Assembly: GCA_009914755.4 (NCBI GenBank)
Contig: CP068257.2
Location: 27,552,001 to 27,616,000 of the forward strand
Source: the human T2T-CHM13v2.0 reference genome, Homo sapiens
Reading direction: 5' to 3'
Length of the DNA stretch: 64,000 nucleotides
Under the pieces are notes generated by a model. That model did not search any database. It had not been told where the DNA came from and worked only from the letters and a program-made list of their open reading frames with translations. Positions 14,405 to 27,874 of this stretch are shown here, piece after piece (the stretch's first letter is position 1; each line of letters starts with the position of its first letter). A program made the position numbers and the translations under genes.

Positions 14405-16987
14405 AATTTTTGTATATGGTGTGAAGTAGGGCTTCAAATTTATTCATTTGCATATGGATATTTAGTTGTCCCAGCACCATTTGTTGAAAATACTACTGTT
14501 TCTTCATTAAATTTTCTTGACATCTTTGCTGAAAAATCATTTGACCTATAAATGTAAGAGTTTATTTCTGAATCCAATTCTATTCTGTTGATCTATATGT
14601 CTATGCTTATGCCAGTACTACATTATCTTAGTCACTGCAGTTTTCTAATAAGTTTTGAAACTGATAAGCCTAAGTCCTACAATTCCAGGTTGTTTTGGTT
14701 ATTGTGGTTCCTTTGAGTTCTTATACAAATTTTAGGATTGGCTTGTCAATTTCTGAAAAAACATAGCTGAGATTTTGAGAAGGATTGAGTTGAATATGTG
14801 GATTAATTTGTGAAATATTGCCACCTTAACAGAAGTAAGTCTTCTGATCCATGAACATGAGGTATCTTCCCATTTATTTAGATCTTCTTTAACTTCTTTC
14901 AATGATCTTTTACAGATTTTCAGTGTACAAGTCTTTTACTTAAAAAAAATTATTCCTGAGGTTTTCTTTTATACTTTTGCAAACAAAATTGTTTTTTATT
15001 GTATTTCTTATTGTTTATTGCTATTTTATAGAAATAAAATTCATTTCCGTAAATTGATCTTCTATTCTGCAACCTTATTATGCTGGTTTGTTAGATTCTT
15101 ATAGTTTTTTGGTAGATTTTCCTTAGGATTTTATATATACAAGATTACATCATCTGCAGATAGAAACAATTTTACTTCTTCCTTTGTAATCTGTCAAGTC
15201 TGTATTCTTTTTTATGTGCAGCCACTGAAGTCTCTGCCTAGTCTGATTAGCAGTCAGCTAATTATTAGACAGAGATTTTCTTAAATGCTTTGAACCACTA
15301 AGTTTCCCAGTCTTTGCTGATGGGATATATGTGTGCTTACCTTTTATTTCTTTCTTTCTGCCTAGCTGCTCTGGCTAGAACCTTCAATACAATGTTGACT
15401 AGAAGTGGTGAGAGTAGACATGCTTATCTTGTTCCTGAACTTTCTTTCACCATTAAGCATCATGTTAGCTAGAGGTTTTTCATAGATGGCCTTTATTGGG
15501 TTGAGAAACTTCTCTTCTATGCTTAGTTTGCTATGGGGATGGGGGTGGATTTCATCAATTGCTTTAAGAAAATGTATTGAGATGATTATGTGGGTTTATC
15601 TTTAATTCTACTAATATGCTATATTACATTGATAGATTTCTTATGTTGAGCCAACCTTGCATTCCTGGGATAATCTCACTTAGTCATGGTGTATAATCCA
15701 TTTTATATGTTGTTCAATATGGCCTGCTACACTTTTGTTGAGGATTTTTGCATCTATATTCATAAGAGATATTAGTCTGTGTTTTTTTCTCTTTTGATAT
15801 CTATATCTGATTATGGTATTATGGTGATATGGCCTCCATAGAATTAGCTGGGAAATGTTCCTTTCTCTTCCACCTTTTCAGAAAAGTTTGTGAGTGATCT
15901 TCATTCTTTCTAAATTATTCAGTGGAATTCATTATTGAAATCACTTGAGCCTGGACTTTTTGTGAGAAGTATTTGGATTACTAATTCAATCTCTTTACTT
16001 ATTATAGGTCTATTTGAATATTCAGTTTCTTCTGAGTCAGTTTTGGTAGTTTGTATCTTTCTAGGAATTTGGCTACCTCATCTAGGTTATTTAATTTGTT
16101 AGCACACAATTGTTTGTAGTATTTTCTTATAATCCTTTTATTTCTTTAAACAACTTAATGATGTTCTTTATCATTTCTGATTTTAGTGATTGGAGTGATG
16201 TGTATTTCTTATATGGCATGTCTGCTACTGATGAATTATTTTAGTTTTAGTTTATCTGGGAATATCTTACTTTCTCCTTCATTTTTGAAAGACACTTTTG
16301 CTTAATATAGAATTCTTGATTGACAATCTTTTTCTTTCAGCACTTTGAATATATTAACTCCCATTTCCTTCTGATCTCAATGGTTTCTGATGAAAAGCCA
16401 ACAGTTAATCCTACTAAGAATCCTTTGTATGTGGTAAGCCATTTCTCTCTTGCTGCTTTCAAGATTCTTGCTTTGTCTTTGTCTTTTTACAGTCAGATTA
16501 CAATGTAACTCACTGTGGATCTCTTTGAGTTTATTCTACTTGAATTTATTTAGATTTTTGACTGTGTAATATGTTTGACCAAATTTGGAAAATTTTTGGC
16601 CATTATTTTTTCAAATGATATTTCTGTCTTTTTATCTATCTTTTCTTCTCTTGGACTGCCATATGTTTGTATGCTTGATAGTGTCCCACAGGTTTCTGAA
16701 GCTTGTTATTTTTTTTTTTAATCTTTTTTCTTTCTGGTCCTGGATAATCACAATTGGCCTATCTTCAAGTTCACTGATTCTTTCTTCTATGAGTTCAAAT
16801 TTGTTGTTAATCCCATCTAGTGATTTTAATTTCAGTTATACTTTTCAACTTCAGAATTTCTATTCTCTTAAAACAATAATTTATATCTTTTTATAGATAT
16901 TTTTGTTTGATGAGACATTATTCTCACACTTTGTTTTAATTTTTTAGATGTGGTTTCCTTTAGTTCATTAGATGATTAAAGGTCATT

Positions 16988-17241
16988 GTTTTTTGAGTAC
17001 TCACGGACATATATATGGCAGAAATAGACACCGGGGACTACTAGAAGAGGAAGGGAGGGAGGGGGACAAGGGTGAAAAAAAAAAAAAACAACTATTGGGT
17101 ACTATACTCACTACCTGGGTTACAGGATTATTCATACCCCAAACCTCAGTATCACACAGTATACCCATGCAACAAAGTTGCACATGTACCCACTGAGTCT
17201 AAAATAAAACATCAACTTATAAAACAAAAAGCAAAATAAAA
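16988..17241 (+). mobile_element. L1 3' end (3' UTR) in sense orientation with a degenerate A-rich tail
   Basis: '...caccggggactactagaagaggaagggag...tgggtactatactcactacctgggttacagg...catgcaacaaagttgcacatgtacccactgagtctaaaataaaac' matches the L1 3'-terminal consensus. It ends in 'aaaacaaaaagcaaaataaaa'. Confidence 0.75.
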
Positions 17242-18400
17242 TCTTTGTTTGCTAAATCCAAAGTCTGGACTTTGTCAAGGAGAATTTACTGCTTGTTTTC
17301 TTTTGCACGGGACATTCTTTTTTTTGTGTGTGTATGTGTCTCTCTGTTTTTGTTAAAAACTGGACATTTTAAATAATATGTCTATTCGGGAAATTGGATG
17401 CTCTCTTCTCCCCAAAGTTTGTTGTTATTGTTGCTATTTTTTCTTACTATTATTAGTTTGTTTATTCGTTTTTTTAGTGACTTTCCTGCACTAATTCTGT
17501 AAAGTCTATATTCTTCTTTTATATGCAGCCATTGAAGTCTCTGCCTGGTTAGATTGGTAGTCAGCTAATGATTAGACAGAGATTTCCTTACATTCCTTGA
17601 ACCAATAAGTTTCCCAGTTTTGGGTGATGGGATATATGTGTGGGTTGGGGTATATCTTTAATATTCCTACAGGCAGTTTACAATTTTGCCTTAAACTTTC
17701 TTCCTGCTTGTATGTAATCTTAAGGTAAGCCAGAGGTGAGGAATTAGGATCTTCTCAGGTCTTTCCTGTGCAGGTACACAGCCCTGCACATGTGAATGAC
17801 CTTCTGTATTTGCAGGAATATGTGTTTGCTTTCCAAAGTCTCTTATGGACATCTTAATTCCTTGGTGGTTGTGTTTTGGTCGGTTTCCTGTTAGCTCCAA
17901 CCAGTAACATTGTCTCAGGCAGCTGCAATGTGAAATAATTGCCACCTATTTTTTTTTTTAAACAAATGTCCTAGGAATAGGGCTGTTGGCACAGAGCAAA
18001 TTCTGGGTTAGGTCAAATACAGAAAAGCCCTGAGAACAGATATTTTCAGTGAACTGCCACACAGGTCAAGTCTTAACAATTATGAGATTTGGGGGAAGTT
18101 TTATATCCATATCCATTTGACCCTCTCCAGTGGCTGCCAGGCTGCTGGTTTTCATAGCTACCGTAGTTGCGAGGCTGTTGGTTTTCAATGTTACCATGGC
18201 ATTGGGGTGGGGGAGAGGGATTAGGTCAAGTTAAAATGCCACAAAATAGCTCACTGGTCTTACCAAGATTCAGCCATTTTTTCCTGACTAAACAGTCCTT
18301 GACATTTTGCAATCTTTTAGTTAATTTCCAGAGTTCTGAAAAAGTTAATTTTGACAATTTTTGCCACTGATCTCATTGCTTTTATGGATGAGCAGATTTT
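17242..18400 (-). mobile_element. Degraded L1-like sequence (antisense), probably a second, older copy
   Basis: 17500-17650 is about 85% identical to 15190-15340, an antisense L1 RT-region segment carrying a 135-bp subfamily-specific stretch. The remainder is diverged. Confidence 0.4.
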
Positions 18401-18984
18401 TGATGGTCTTTATTCTACCATTCAAGAAGTACTGTCTTTTTTAGCATGTTAAAAGGTAAGTTTTTTTAAAAAACATAAACCATGACACAAAAATTATAAA
18501 AATAGTAAATGAACACATGCCAAAGACTTTATTTAACTCTGTATTTATTGTGGAGCATATTAAGATACTATACATTCAAAAGAGAATTAAATACACATAC
18601 ACACAGAGGGAATTGAGAATGCTGAAATCATTTTACAGGCATATTGGGTTAATACCTACAGCCCAATAATCAATTGTATTTCACAGGGCCCAATTCACTT
18701 TCATTTCTTCAGGCAAGCATCATTTGTGTTATTAGTTTTTGACAATATTGAGAGTAGTGAAGCAGCTGAAAGGGAGTACAAGGCAAAGATACACTAGAAG
18801 GATAGACAGACAGAGTCCTGGTAATCTTTTTTCCCCACAATAAAGTTTTTGTAGTTTTTCCTGATAAGGGAATGGAGAAGAGAGTGTAGGGAAAAGCAGT
18901 ATAACATTTTGAGACCCTGGACATGTGACTAAAACAGTGGAAAAGGACAGAGCAGAGTGCAGGGGTGTTCAAGGTAGCTGTTGC

Positions 18985-19080
18985 TGGCCTCGCCTTCAGT
19001 GATAAATTCTTCTCTATGCCCCGCTTCCTCATCTGTAAGGTAAAGATATGGATCAGCTGATTGCTAAGGCTCATCCCATT
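18985..19080 (+). mobile_element. MIR SINE core fragment
   Basis: 'gcttcctcatctgtaaggtaaagatatgg' resembles the MIR core 'tttcctcatctgtaaaatggggata'. It is weak and short. Confidence 0.35.
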
Positions 19081-19270
19081 CCAGCTGTATTCAAATGTGG
19101 CCCCCAGAACTGCAGCATCAGTATCACCTGAGAACTTGTTAGAAATGCAGATCCTTAGGCCCCATCCCAGTTTTACTGAATTGGAAACTCCAGTGTAGAT
19201 CTCAGCAAGCTCTCTAGGTGATTTTGATGCAGCTGAATTTTGAGAACCATTGTATATCAATTTTCTATGA
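19075..19270 (+). mobile_element. MER5A-like hAT-Charlie DNA transposon fragment
   Basis: 'gcagcatcagtatcacctgagaacttgttagaaatgcagatccttaggccccatcccag...ctctaggtgattttgatgcagctgaattttgagaaccattg' matches the recalled MER5A consensus ('...atcacctgggaacttgttagaaatgcaaattctcaggcccc...aggtgattctgatgcacgctaaagtttgagaaccactg'). Confidence 0.55.
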
Positions 19271-19286
19271 GATGGAAATTTGATAT

Positions 19287-19638
19287 TGATATGATATAGT
19301 TTGGCTGTGTTCCCATTCAAATCTCACCTTGAATTGTAATAACCCCTGCCGGGTGCCAGGTGGAGATAATTGAATCATAGGGTCAGTTTCCCTCCTACTG
19401 TACTTGTGGTAGTGAATAAGTCTCACGAGATCTGATGGTTTTATAAATGGGAGTTCCCCTGCACACAGTGTCTTGCCTGTCGCCGTGTAAGATGTGACTT
19501 TGCTCTTCACAGGCCTTCCACCATGATTGTGAGGCCTTCCTAGCCATGTGGAACTGTGAGTCAATTAAGCCTCTTTCCTTTATAAATTACCCAGTGTCAT
19601 GTACATCTTTATTAGCAGCGTGAGAATAGACTAATACA
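19287..19638 (+). mobile_element. THE1-type MaLR LTR (about 352 bp)
   Basis: It starts 'tgatatgatatagtttggctgtgttccc', contains 'gtggtagtgaataagtctcacgagatctgatggttttataaatgggagttcccctgcaca' and ends 'attagcagcgtgagaatagactaataca'. Confidence 0.88.
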
Positions 19639-19784
19639 GATATCAAGGAAACTCCATTAGCTATCATGACAGCATATTTAGAATTTTCTCCTAAACTTTG
19701 AAAGCATCAATTATTTCTGTGTGTAAAAGGAAAAAGTCAGTTTGGTTAAAGCTCTTTTTATTTTTTATATAAAAAAAGGAGTTC

Positions 19785-20092
19785 GGCCGGGCACGGTGGC
19801 TCACGCCTGTAATCCCAGCACTTTGGGAGGCCGAGGTGGGTGGATCACGAGGTCAGGAGATTGAGACCATCCTGGCTAACACGGTGAAACCCCGCCTCTA
19901 CTAAAAATACAAAAAGTTAGCCGGGCGTGGTAGCGGGCGCCTGTAGTCCCAGCTACTCCGGAGGCTGAGGCAGGAGAATGGTGTGAACCCGGGTGGCGGA
20001 GCTTGCAGTGAGCCGAGATCGCACCACTTGCACTCCAGCCTGGGTGAAAGAGTGAGACTCCGTCTCGAAAAAAAAAAAAGAAAAAAAAGAAT
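19785..20092 (+). mobile_element. AluY-like (young, CpG-rich) Alu SINE
   Basis: A near-consensus Alu with more than 20 intact CpGs ('ggccgggcacggtggctcacgcctgtaatcc...gcgggcgcctgtagtcccagctactccggaggc...gagccgagatcgcacc'). It has an A-rich tail and a TSD 'aaaaaggagttc'/'aaaaagagttc'. Confidence 0.95.
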
Positions 20093-21329
20093 AAAAAGAG
20101 TTCATTTCTTCTTACTCAGAATTCATTATAGAGAGTAGCTTATCATTGCTCTATGTCCATTTGTTGTAGGCAAAACCTCAATTCACAATTTATTTTAACA
20201 TAACCAGTCCAAAGAAAGGTCAGAGAGGTATTTTTTGTAGCTTTGAGTTTCATATATTTTATATAGTTAGAAACTTCTCTCCTAGTTATCATAGTGGGGA
20301 AGGGTGAGGTCAGACTTCCGAAGTCTTGTGCTGGAAAGTTTTTGGTCTTTCTCTTCACTCACAAAGGCAGTGATTACAGGACACTATGGGCTGTGCTTGG
20401 AAAACTTTTGTATAAACCTCAGTCCTTGGGTTGGGCACTTCTCTGCTTACTTATGATGAGCTATTCTGTTTGTTTGGTACACAGTAGACTGGTCCTGTTT
20501 GCCACTATCATTTCCTTACGGTTTACAGCTATGGTGCACCATTTAAAATGATGGTTTTCAGTATCCTAATTGTATGATGTGTCCTTTGTACATTCTCAGC
20601 ATGATGCTCTTTCCAGCGTTTTCTACAGTAGCTGTTCTCTGCTCAACCCCATCTAATCAACTCGTGCAAAGGTGATCATTGTTTCTAAGTGGATGCCCTG
20701 GCCAGCTTTGAAAACTCTCTTAGCAATGACTTATATTTAAGCATAGGTCACTGATTACATTGGTCAAAGTAATATCTATGAAGTTAAGAACAATGAGACC
20801 TCAGAACTAGTAGTCAAAACCTCACTGTTCACAATGTAGGGAAGTTTCTCCAGCAGGTGTTAATAGGTTTACTACAAAGAAAGCATTGTGTCTGTGGTCA
20901 AATCTCTCAAAGACTTCTGATGTACATTCGTATCGAACACTCTGAGAGTCTTATAGTAAAGAAACATCTAACTGTGTGTAACTCACGTTTTCAAACTTAT
21001 TTGAGCATGAAACATTTTTACCACTGGCATATCTAATCACATCCAGTTTGGGAAAGGATGTGTAGAATATTTGAGATGATCGTTAGAACTTGTTAAAAGG
21101 AGAGTTTCTTAAAAATCCAGGAGTGTGGTGCAATGCTGAGTCCTCAGAGCCTCCCTGTGTTTCCATAACAGAGATAAAATAAGACTGGATATTCACAGAA
21201 TCCTGTTTTATTCATCTAATGATCGAAAGAGGTAAATTATGTGAGAGACCGTCCTGTGCAACAAAGGATCAATATAAATGTGAGTTATTCGTGATTATGG
21301 TAACTGAGTTGACTGCAGCTTTGTTACTC

Positions 21330-21425
21330 AAAATGTGGCCTATGAAAGCAGAGCATTGGAATCACCTGAGTGCCTGCTAGAAATGCAGAGTCTCAGGCCC
21401 TAATCCAGATTTATTTCATCTAAGG
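21330..21425 (+). mobile_element. MER5-like hAT DNA transposon fragment
   Basis: 'aaatgtggcctatgaaagcagagcattggaatcacctgagtgcctgctagaaatgcagagtctcaggccctaatccag' is the same family signature as 19075-19270. Confidence 0.45.
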
Positions 21426-21769
21426 CTGCATTGTAGCAAAATGTGATTCCTAGGCATGTTAAAGTCTGAAAAGCGTTGATTACAGCCTTTTGTACTCTTC
21501 CTCTTCCTGACATATCTTAGGTTCATTTCTTCTACCTCATTTCGGTGCCTGCCCCATCTGGAATTCTTTGCAATACTTCTCTTCCTGGAAATTCATAATC
21601 TTTACCATTCACTTCCATCAAAATTTTGTTCCTCTTTTCCCTCCCTGAATTCTAATATTATATGTGGTTTTTTTTGAATGCCAATAGTATGCCTGGACCT
21701 AGGAAATTTCTCAGAAGACCACAGTAAACTTTACAAAATTTTAAAAATTCCGTAAATTGTTCAACACTT

Positions 21770-22190
21770 GTTTTCATCTGTTTTCTGCTGCTATAACAGA
21801 ATGGATGATTTATAAAGAAAGGTTTATTTAGATCATGGTTCTGGAGGTTAGGAAGTCCAAATGGCACTGGCATCTGGTGAGTGGCATCCCATGGTGAAAG
21901 GGTGGAAGGTGGGATTGAGCCCATGAGACAGAGACAGAAATAGGGGCCGAACTTAGGTTTTTATCAGAAGCCCACTCTTGTGATAATTAACCTACTTCCA
22001 ATATACTGGCATTAATCCATTCACGAGGGCAGAGCCCTTATATTTTCTTTATAGTGTTAACTTCTTAAATAAAGGTTCCACCTTCCAATACCCTTACAAT
22101 GGCAATTAAATGTCAACATGAGTTTTTGTGGGGACATTCAAAACATAGCAACTGTCAATTAGTTTTCCAAAGTCAGTCTCTCTAGGTCTT
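21770..22190 (+). mobile_element. Ancient interspersed repeat, family not named ('gctgctataacag...ttctggaggttaggaagtccaa...' type)
   Basis: Matches a common mammalian repeat signature ('tgctgctataacaaa..cagttctggaggctggaagtccaagatcaaggtg...cttataagggcac..'). Further copies are at 40880-41250 and 46690-47000. Confidence 0.35.
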
Positions 22191-23409
22191 TCTTTAGTTA
22201 TAGGAAGGGACAAGGTATGGGGCTGGGTGTGTTAACAATCCCTTTCCATTTAATAAAGGTTGCTAAGAGTTAAAAATCTAAGTTCTGCCTATACAAAAAA
22301 TAACATTCATTATCATAATAGTTTAATTTCGGATGAGATCGGGCACATGCAGAGTGGTATGGCTGTAGACACACAATAGTTTCAGAAGTCAGACTGTCAG
22401 AACCATATAGTGAGAGCTACCATAAGCACCAAAAAGCCCATGTATAGATTTCTCTAGCAAAGACGCTTCCTTAACGGCGCCACTGCTCCAGGATGGGGTT
22501 GAGGTGTTGCTGGGGATTGGTAGCCACATTGCTTGTAAAGAGACTGTACTTGCTCCTTCCAGTCTCCCTATGATAAAGTTTTAAGAATATCATAATGAGA
22601 ATTTTTAGGCTACATATAGATTTTTCCACTGTAGGCAGATGAAATCACATATTCTGGTTAGACATTAGATAAAGCTTCTGAGATTTGGACATGCTTTCAT
22701 TAGACAAATGAATGTAATTTTTGATGATCTAATACTCTGCATGTTTCCGGAGGAAGCAGTTAAAGACAAATTTAAATTCTGACAAAGATTTATTCAGCTT
22801 GTTCTTTGGTGGGGAAAGGAAGCTGAATAGTAAAATGTCAACGATTCAAAACTCCTAATTTTCCTTGTTCCAAGTAAAGAATGAGTTTCTAGATAACAGA
22901 ATTTAAAAAAAGTTCCCGTAAGTTTTCCCTTCTTCAGTACTCTCACAAATATCCATGCATGCCAGTAAATAATGTAACCTTAATACATTAAAAGATGAAT
23001 CATGTAAAAGGGAAGTGAAAATGACAAATATGGGAAAAAATGTGACACAAAGAAGTGCATTATGTGTTTATTCGAGAAACCATGAAAACTTCTGTGAAAA
23101 AGCTAAGTGCATGAGATCACTACTCAACATTTTAAATCCCTCAGTGCTGAATTTTCATGGTTTGCAAGCAATCTGAAGGGCATTCAGGCTTCTAGGAAGA
23201 AGTTTTGCAACTTTGAATTTTTGCCTGTCTCTTGGCCTTAATACAGCAATTTAAAAATAAAGTATCAAGGGAACTCAGCCTGTCTCTAAATTGAGGAATA
23301 ATATTCTGCCTTTACAAGCCTGTGACATCACGTATCTTCTTACTTTACAAAAGCTCAAATTGCTTGAGCATTAAGATATTAAGAACCTAGTCATGCACAG
23401 AAAACACTA

Positions 23410-23783
<374 letters not shown>

Positions 23784-24824
23784 CTTTCTATAATGATAAA
23801 CATTTTCTGTGTATATGCTGTCCAATGTGGTGGCCACTACTAAATGAATATTTAATTTTTTAAAACTTTAATTAATTAAAATTTAAGTTTAAATAGCTGC
23901 ATGTGGCCAGTGGCTACAGGGTTGGATAATGCAACCCTAGGAATATTTTCTTTATGGTGTTAACATATAATTTAAAGCATTATTTTTATGTCTTAATACT
24001 ATTTTCTAGTTTATGTATATAGAAAAAAACCTTTAATACCTTAGATGAGAACAAATTTTTAGTGCCATTCCTTAAAGATTATTTTCTTGGAAATAATGAC
24101 ATAAGTGGTCCATTAGATGATGTTATATGAGTCATAGAAATGCTTGATATAAAGTCCAAAATATCCTCACACATGTGGTCTGTGAGGCAGGCTTGTATAT
24201 AGAAAAAAGGTGGAGGAAATTATGAACACAGGGAAGGAGGTAAAATCATTGCTGGTGCCATATGTCTGGATCTTCTGTTTTCTTCTATTGTGATTTATGT
24301 TCTTTTTAAATGACTTTACTGAGCCCTTTGATTTATTTTGTGATAAAGATTAAATATTTTGTCCTTTTCTGATGTTTAAAATCTGAGATTAGTCTAAATA
24401 AGGTGACCCATTTTTTTGAGGCACACACTGCCCACCTGTCATCATACCACTGGCAAAGCCTTTAGATAATGAACTAGTACATGTGATAGCCTCCAAAATG
24501 CTCCCTTTGAGCTCTTTCTTTATTTTTAAATGTCTTGCTAATGGAGTTTCTTAAAACTGTTTTTTTCTTGGAGTATTTCCTTCAGGGTTGGTTTATATAC
24601 CACACAGGAAACCAGTTTCATTACTTGATAATTGTGCTTTGGTTATAGAACCAATTCTTTGAATGGGCTGGACATAGGAGGCCAAGTAGAAGTCAGCCTT
24701 GTTCTTTCAAACCCCCTCTCAGATTTCTCTTTCCTGTCTATGGATAAATTTGTCTTAAAGATCCCATTTTCAGGTATTAAAAAGTCCAGCCCATGGGAAA
24801 ACAATATTCACATGTAAAATAATG

Positions 24825-26030
24825 AAGTTGGATCTTTACCTAACATCATATATAAAAATTAACTCAAGGTATATCAAAGATCCATTTGTAAAACCTAAAA
24901 TTATATAAATCTTAGAAAAAACACAGGGCAAAAGCTTCACAACATTGGATTTGAAAACAATCTTTTGGTGGCTGTTATACCAAAGGCAAAGGCCATAAAA
25001 GAAGAAATAAACAAATTGGGCTTCATGAAAAATTTTAAAATTGGACATCAAAGAAAATATCAGCTGGCTAAAAAGACAACCCACAGAATGGGAGAAAACA
25101 TTTGCAACTCACAGAAGGGGTTGATTAGTATCCAGAATATATAGAGAACTCCTAAAACTGAACAACAACAAATGACCTGATTCAAATGGGCAAAGAACTT
25201 GAATAGGCATTTCTTCAAAGAAGGTGTATAAATGATCAATAAGCATGTGAAAAGATGTTCAACATTAACAGTCACTGGAGAGATACAAATCAAAACTAAA
25301 AGGAGATCCCGCTTGACACTCATTGGGATGGCTACTATTTAAAACAACACAGAAAATCACAAGTGTTGGTGAGGATGTAGAGAAATTGGAACGCTTGTAC
25401 ACTATTGGTAGGAATGCAAAATGGTACACTGTTGTGGAAAATGGTATGGTGGTGGATCCTCGAAAAATTAAAAAATAGAATTACCATATGATCCAGTAAT
25501 TATGCTTCTGAGTATATACCCAAAGAAATGAAAGTGGTGCACCCATGATTATAGCAGCATTATATTCACAATAGCTAATATGTAGAAGCAACACAATTAT
25601 CTATTGATTGATGGCTAGACAGGCAAAATGTGGTAAATACATACAAGGAATATTACTCAGCCTTAAAAAGGAAAGAAATTCTGAAATATGCTACAACATG
25701 GATGAACTTGAGGATATTATGTTAAATGAAATAAACCAGTCATAAAAAGACAAATATTGTTTGATTCTACTTATATGAGGCACTTAGGGTAGGCAAATTG
25801 ATAGAGACAGTAGAATGGTGTTTCCCAAGGGCAAGGGGGAGAGGAAAGTGGAGAGTTAGTGGTTTATGTGTACAGAATTTTAGTTTTACTGAAGAGTTAT
25901 GGAGATCGATGGTGATAATGGTTGTACAACATTATAAATGTATTTAATACCACTGAACATATACTTAAAAATGACTAAGACAGTAAATTTTAGTTATATG
26001 TATTTTAACACAATTTAAAAAATTGGAAAC
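24825..26030 (+). mobile_element. L1M-type (old mammalian L1) 3' end: ORF2 C-terminal region plus 3' UTR, about 1.2 kb
   Basis: Sense-strand matches to the L1 ORF2 C-terminus and 3' UTR ('gatacaaatcaaaactaaaaggagatcccgcttgacactcattgggatggctactatttaaaacaacac...gtgttggtgaggatgtagagaaattggaacgcttgtacactattggtaggaatgcaaaatggtacac...'). It ends 'ggtaaattttagttatatgtattttaacacaatttaaaaaa'. Confidence 0.8.
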
Positions 26031-26930
26031 AAAAAGTCCAACCTAGGGTAACATCAAACTTTCAATCACTTGTCCAATTTAAACCTTCTCCCATCCCCCC
26101 ACAGCTCAGGTGCCTGGGTCCTGGAAGCCTACAGTGGGGAAGGGGTGTTGCGGTCAGCTTCTCTGGTCCTCCTGACCACCTTTTCTCTCATCCACGGTTC
26201 CTCACGCCTCTAGGGTAGAATGCAGGAGAGTGGGAAGACTAGAGGCATAGCACAGTCTTAGTTGGCTGGCACTGTTACAACTGGCTGTTTCCAGCCCTCT
26301 GGGAGGCAGATGCCCAAATGCACCCTCCACACTTTCTCTCATGAAGTAGTTTCTGAAAATGCCCAAAGGGTCCTCTCACTACCTTGTTCTCTGGCTTTGA
26401 GTATGAAAGACTTGGTTGTGAAGTAAGCCATGTGATCAGATGACTGCTTATGAGCCTTGCTTAGCAACCTCATCTGATCAGATCCCATAGCCTCTCCTTT
26501 AGGGGTTGCTTTGCCCTGCCAGGCAGATGCCTTCTATATGGCCCTTTCAAGTGTTCCCAAGACGGTTACCTTCCATAGTCTCCATTTAACCCATAGAGCA
26601 CTCAGCACCTGGCCTCAGACAGGGTATGAAGGTGTAGGCTGCTTCTCTTCACTTTGCTTAGAAGGGAGCTCTAGCTGGCCTCTCATTAGACTTTGTCAGA
26701 TGAGAATCAGACACCTGTCCTGTGTCCCTGTAAGTCCAGGAAACTCCAATTCCTCTCAGGGCCCGTGCTGTTGCTGGGGCCCAGAACCTGCCCCAATTTA
26801 GCTGGCTCCAGCTGGCTAGGGGTGGGGGACGATGGGAAGGGTGTGGTAGTGGTAAGCTGTCTTACTCCCTTCCTGCCAGACACCCCAGTCTCTATAAGCA
26901 GTTATTCTGAAGACTCTCATTTGGCATGCG

Positions 26931-27243
26931 CTATGGACTGAACGTGTGTCCCCCGCCCCGCCTAAATTCATATGCTGAAACTGTAATCCCTAAGATGATG
27001 GTATGAGGAGGTGGAGACTTCAGGAGGTAATTAGGTGGAGCCCTCATGATGGGACTGGTGCCCTTTTAAGAGACAGGAGAGCGCTTGCTTCCTCTCTCTC
27101 CACCATGTGAGGACATACCAAGAACTGATTCAGCCTGCACCTGGGTCTTCACTTCCAGCCTCCAAAACTGTGAGAAATAAATTTCTGTTGCCTAAGCCAC
27201 TCAGCCTATGACATTTTTGTTATGGCAGTCTGAACTAACTAAG
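26931..27243 (+). mobile_element. MaLR-type LTR (MST/MLT-like; subfamily uncertain)
   Basis: 'tatggactgaacgtgtgtccccc...ctaaattcatatgctgaaactgtaatccc...ggaggtaattaggtggagccctcatgatggg...ccaccatgtgaggacat...ccagcctccaaaactgtgagaaataaatttctgttgcctaagccactcagcctatg...gtctgaactaactaag' parallels the THE1/MST architecture. Confidence 0.5.
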
Positions 27244-27874
27244 GCAATATGAGAATGGGAGAGAAGCGCTCCAGCTACTCTCCCAGGGGGAGGTGGGACA
27301 AACATACAAAGAAATCCCTATTAATCTTTGTACTCCTCCTGAATGGAAACTGAAGGAAGGTGAAGTAGATGAGGTTCAAGTCACCTCCTAGCAAATCATA
27401 CACAGATATTCTAAAACTCTCTTTAAGTTTTGAAACTGGTGCACCATGATAATTCCACTGAACTAATTAATTGTCTCTGGTTGGAAAAATCTCAAAATTG
27501 TGAGGTACACGATTTAGAAAGAACAAGGACTATAAATACATTTAAAATATTTTTCCTAACCCTCCATACTAAGATGCAAAAAAATACCAATATTCATCTT
27601 CTCTGAAGCATGAATCACCTCAGAATAGCCCACGATGTACACTAATATGTGGAAGTACCTTCATGGGATTTAAATATATTTACCTTTCAATTATAGAATT
27701 AAGATGATTTTGGAAAATGGATAAAGAGACATTGAAATGTGGAAAAGTTGAACTCTTACACACTCATGCAAAATAGTTGATTTCCTCTTTTTGGCAATAT
27801 CCCACCTGCTTTGCCCCTGCAACCCTCTGCATTCCTTGCTGCTGCCACACATGGAGGCATAGATACATGCTCTC

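Noticed and set aside
18709-19564. 203-aa and 99-aa minus-strand ORFs.
   Set aside because: They span MIR, MER5A-like and THE1 LTR sequence plus AT-rich unique DNA. No domain was recognised and there is no exon signature.
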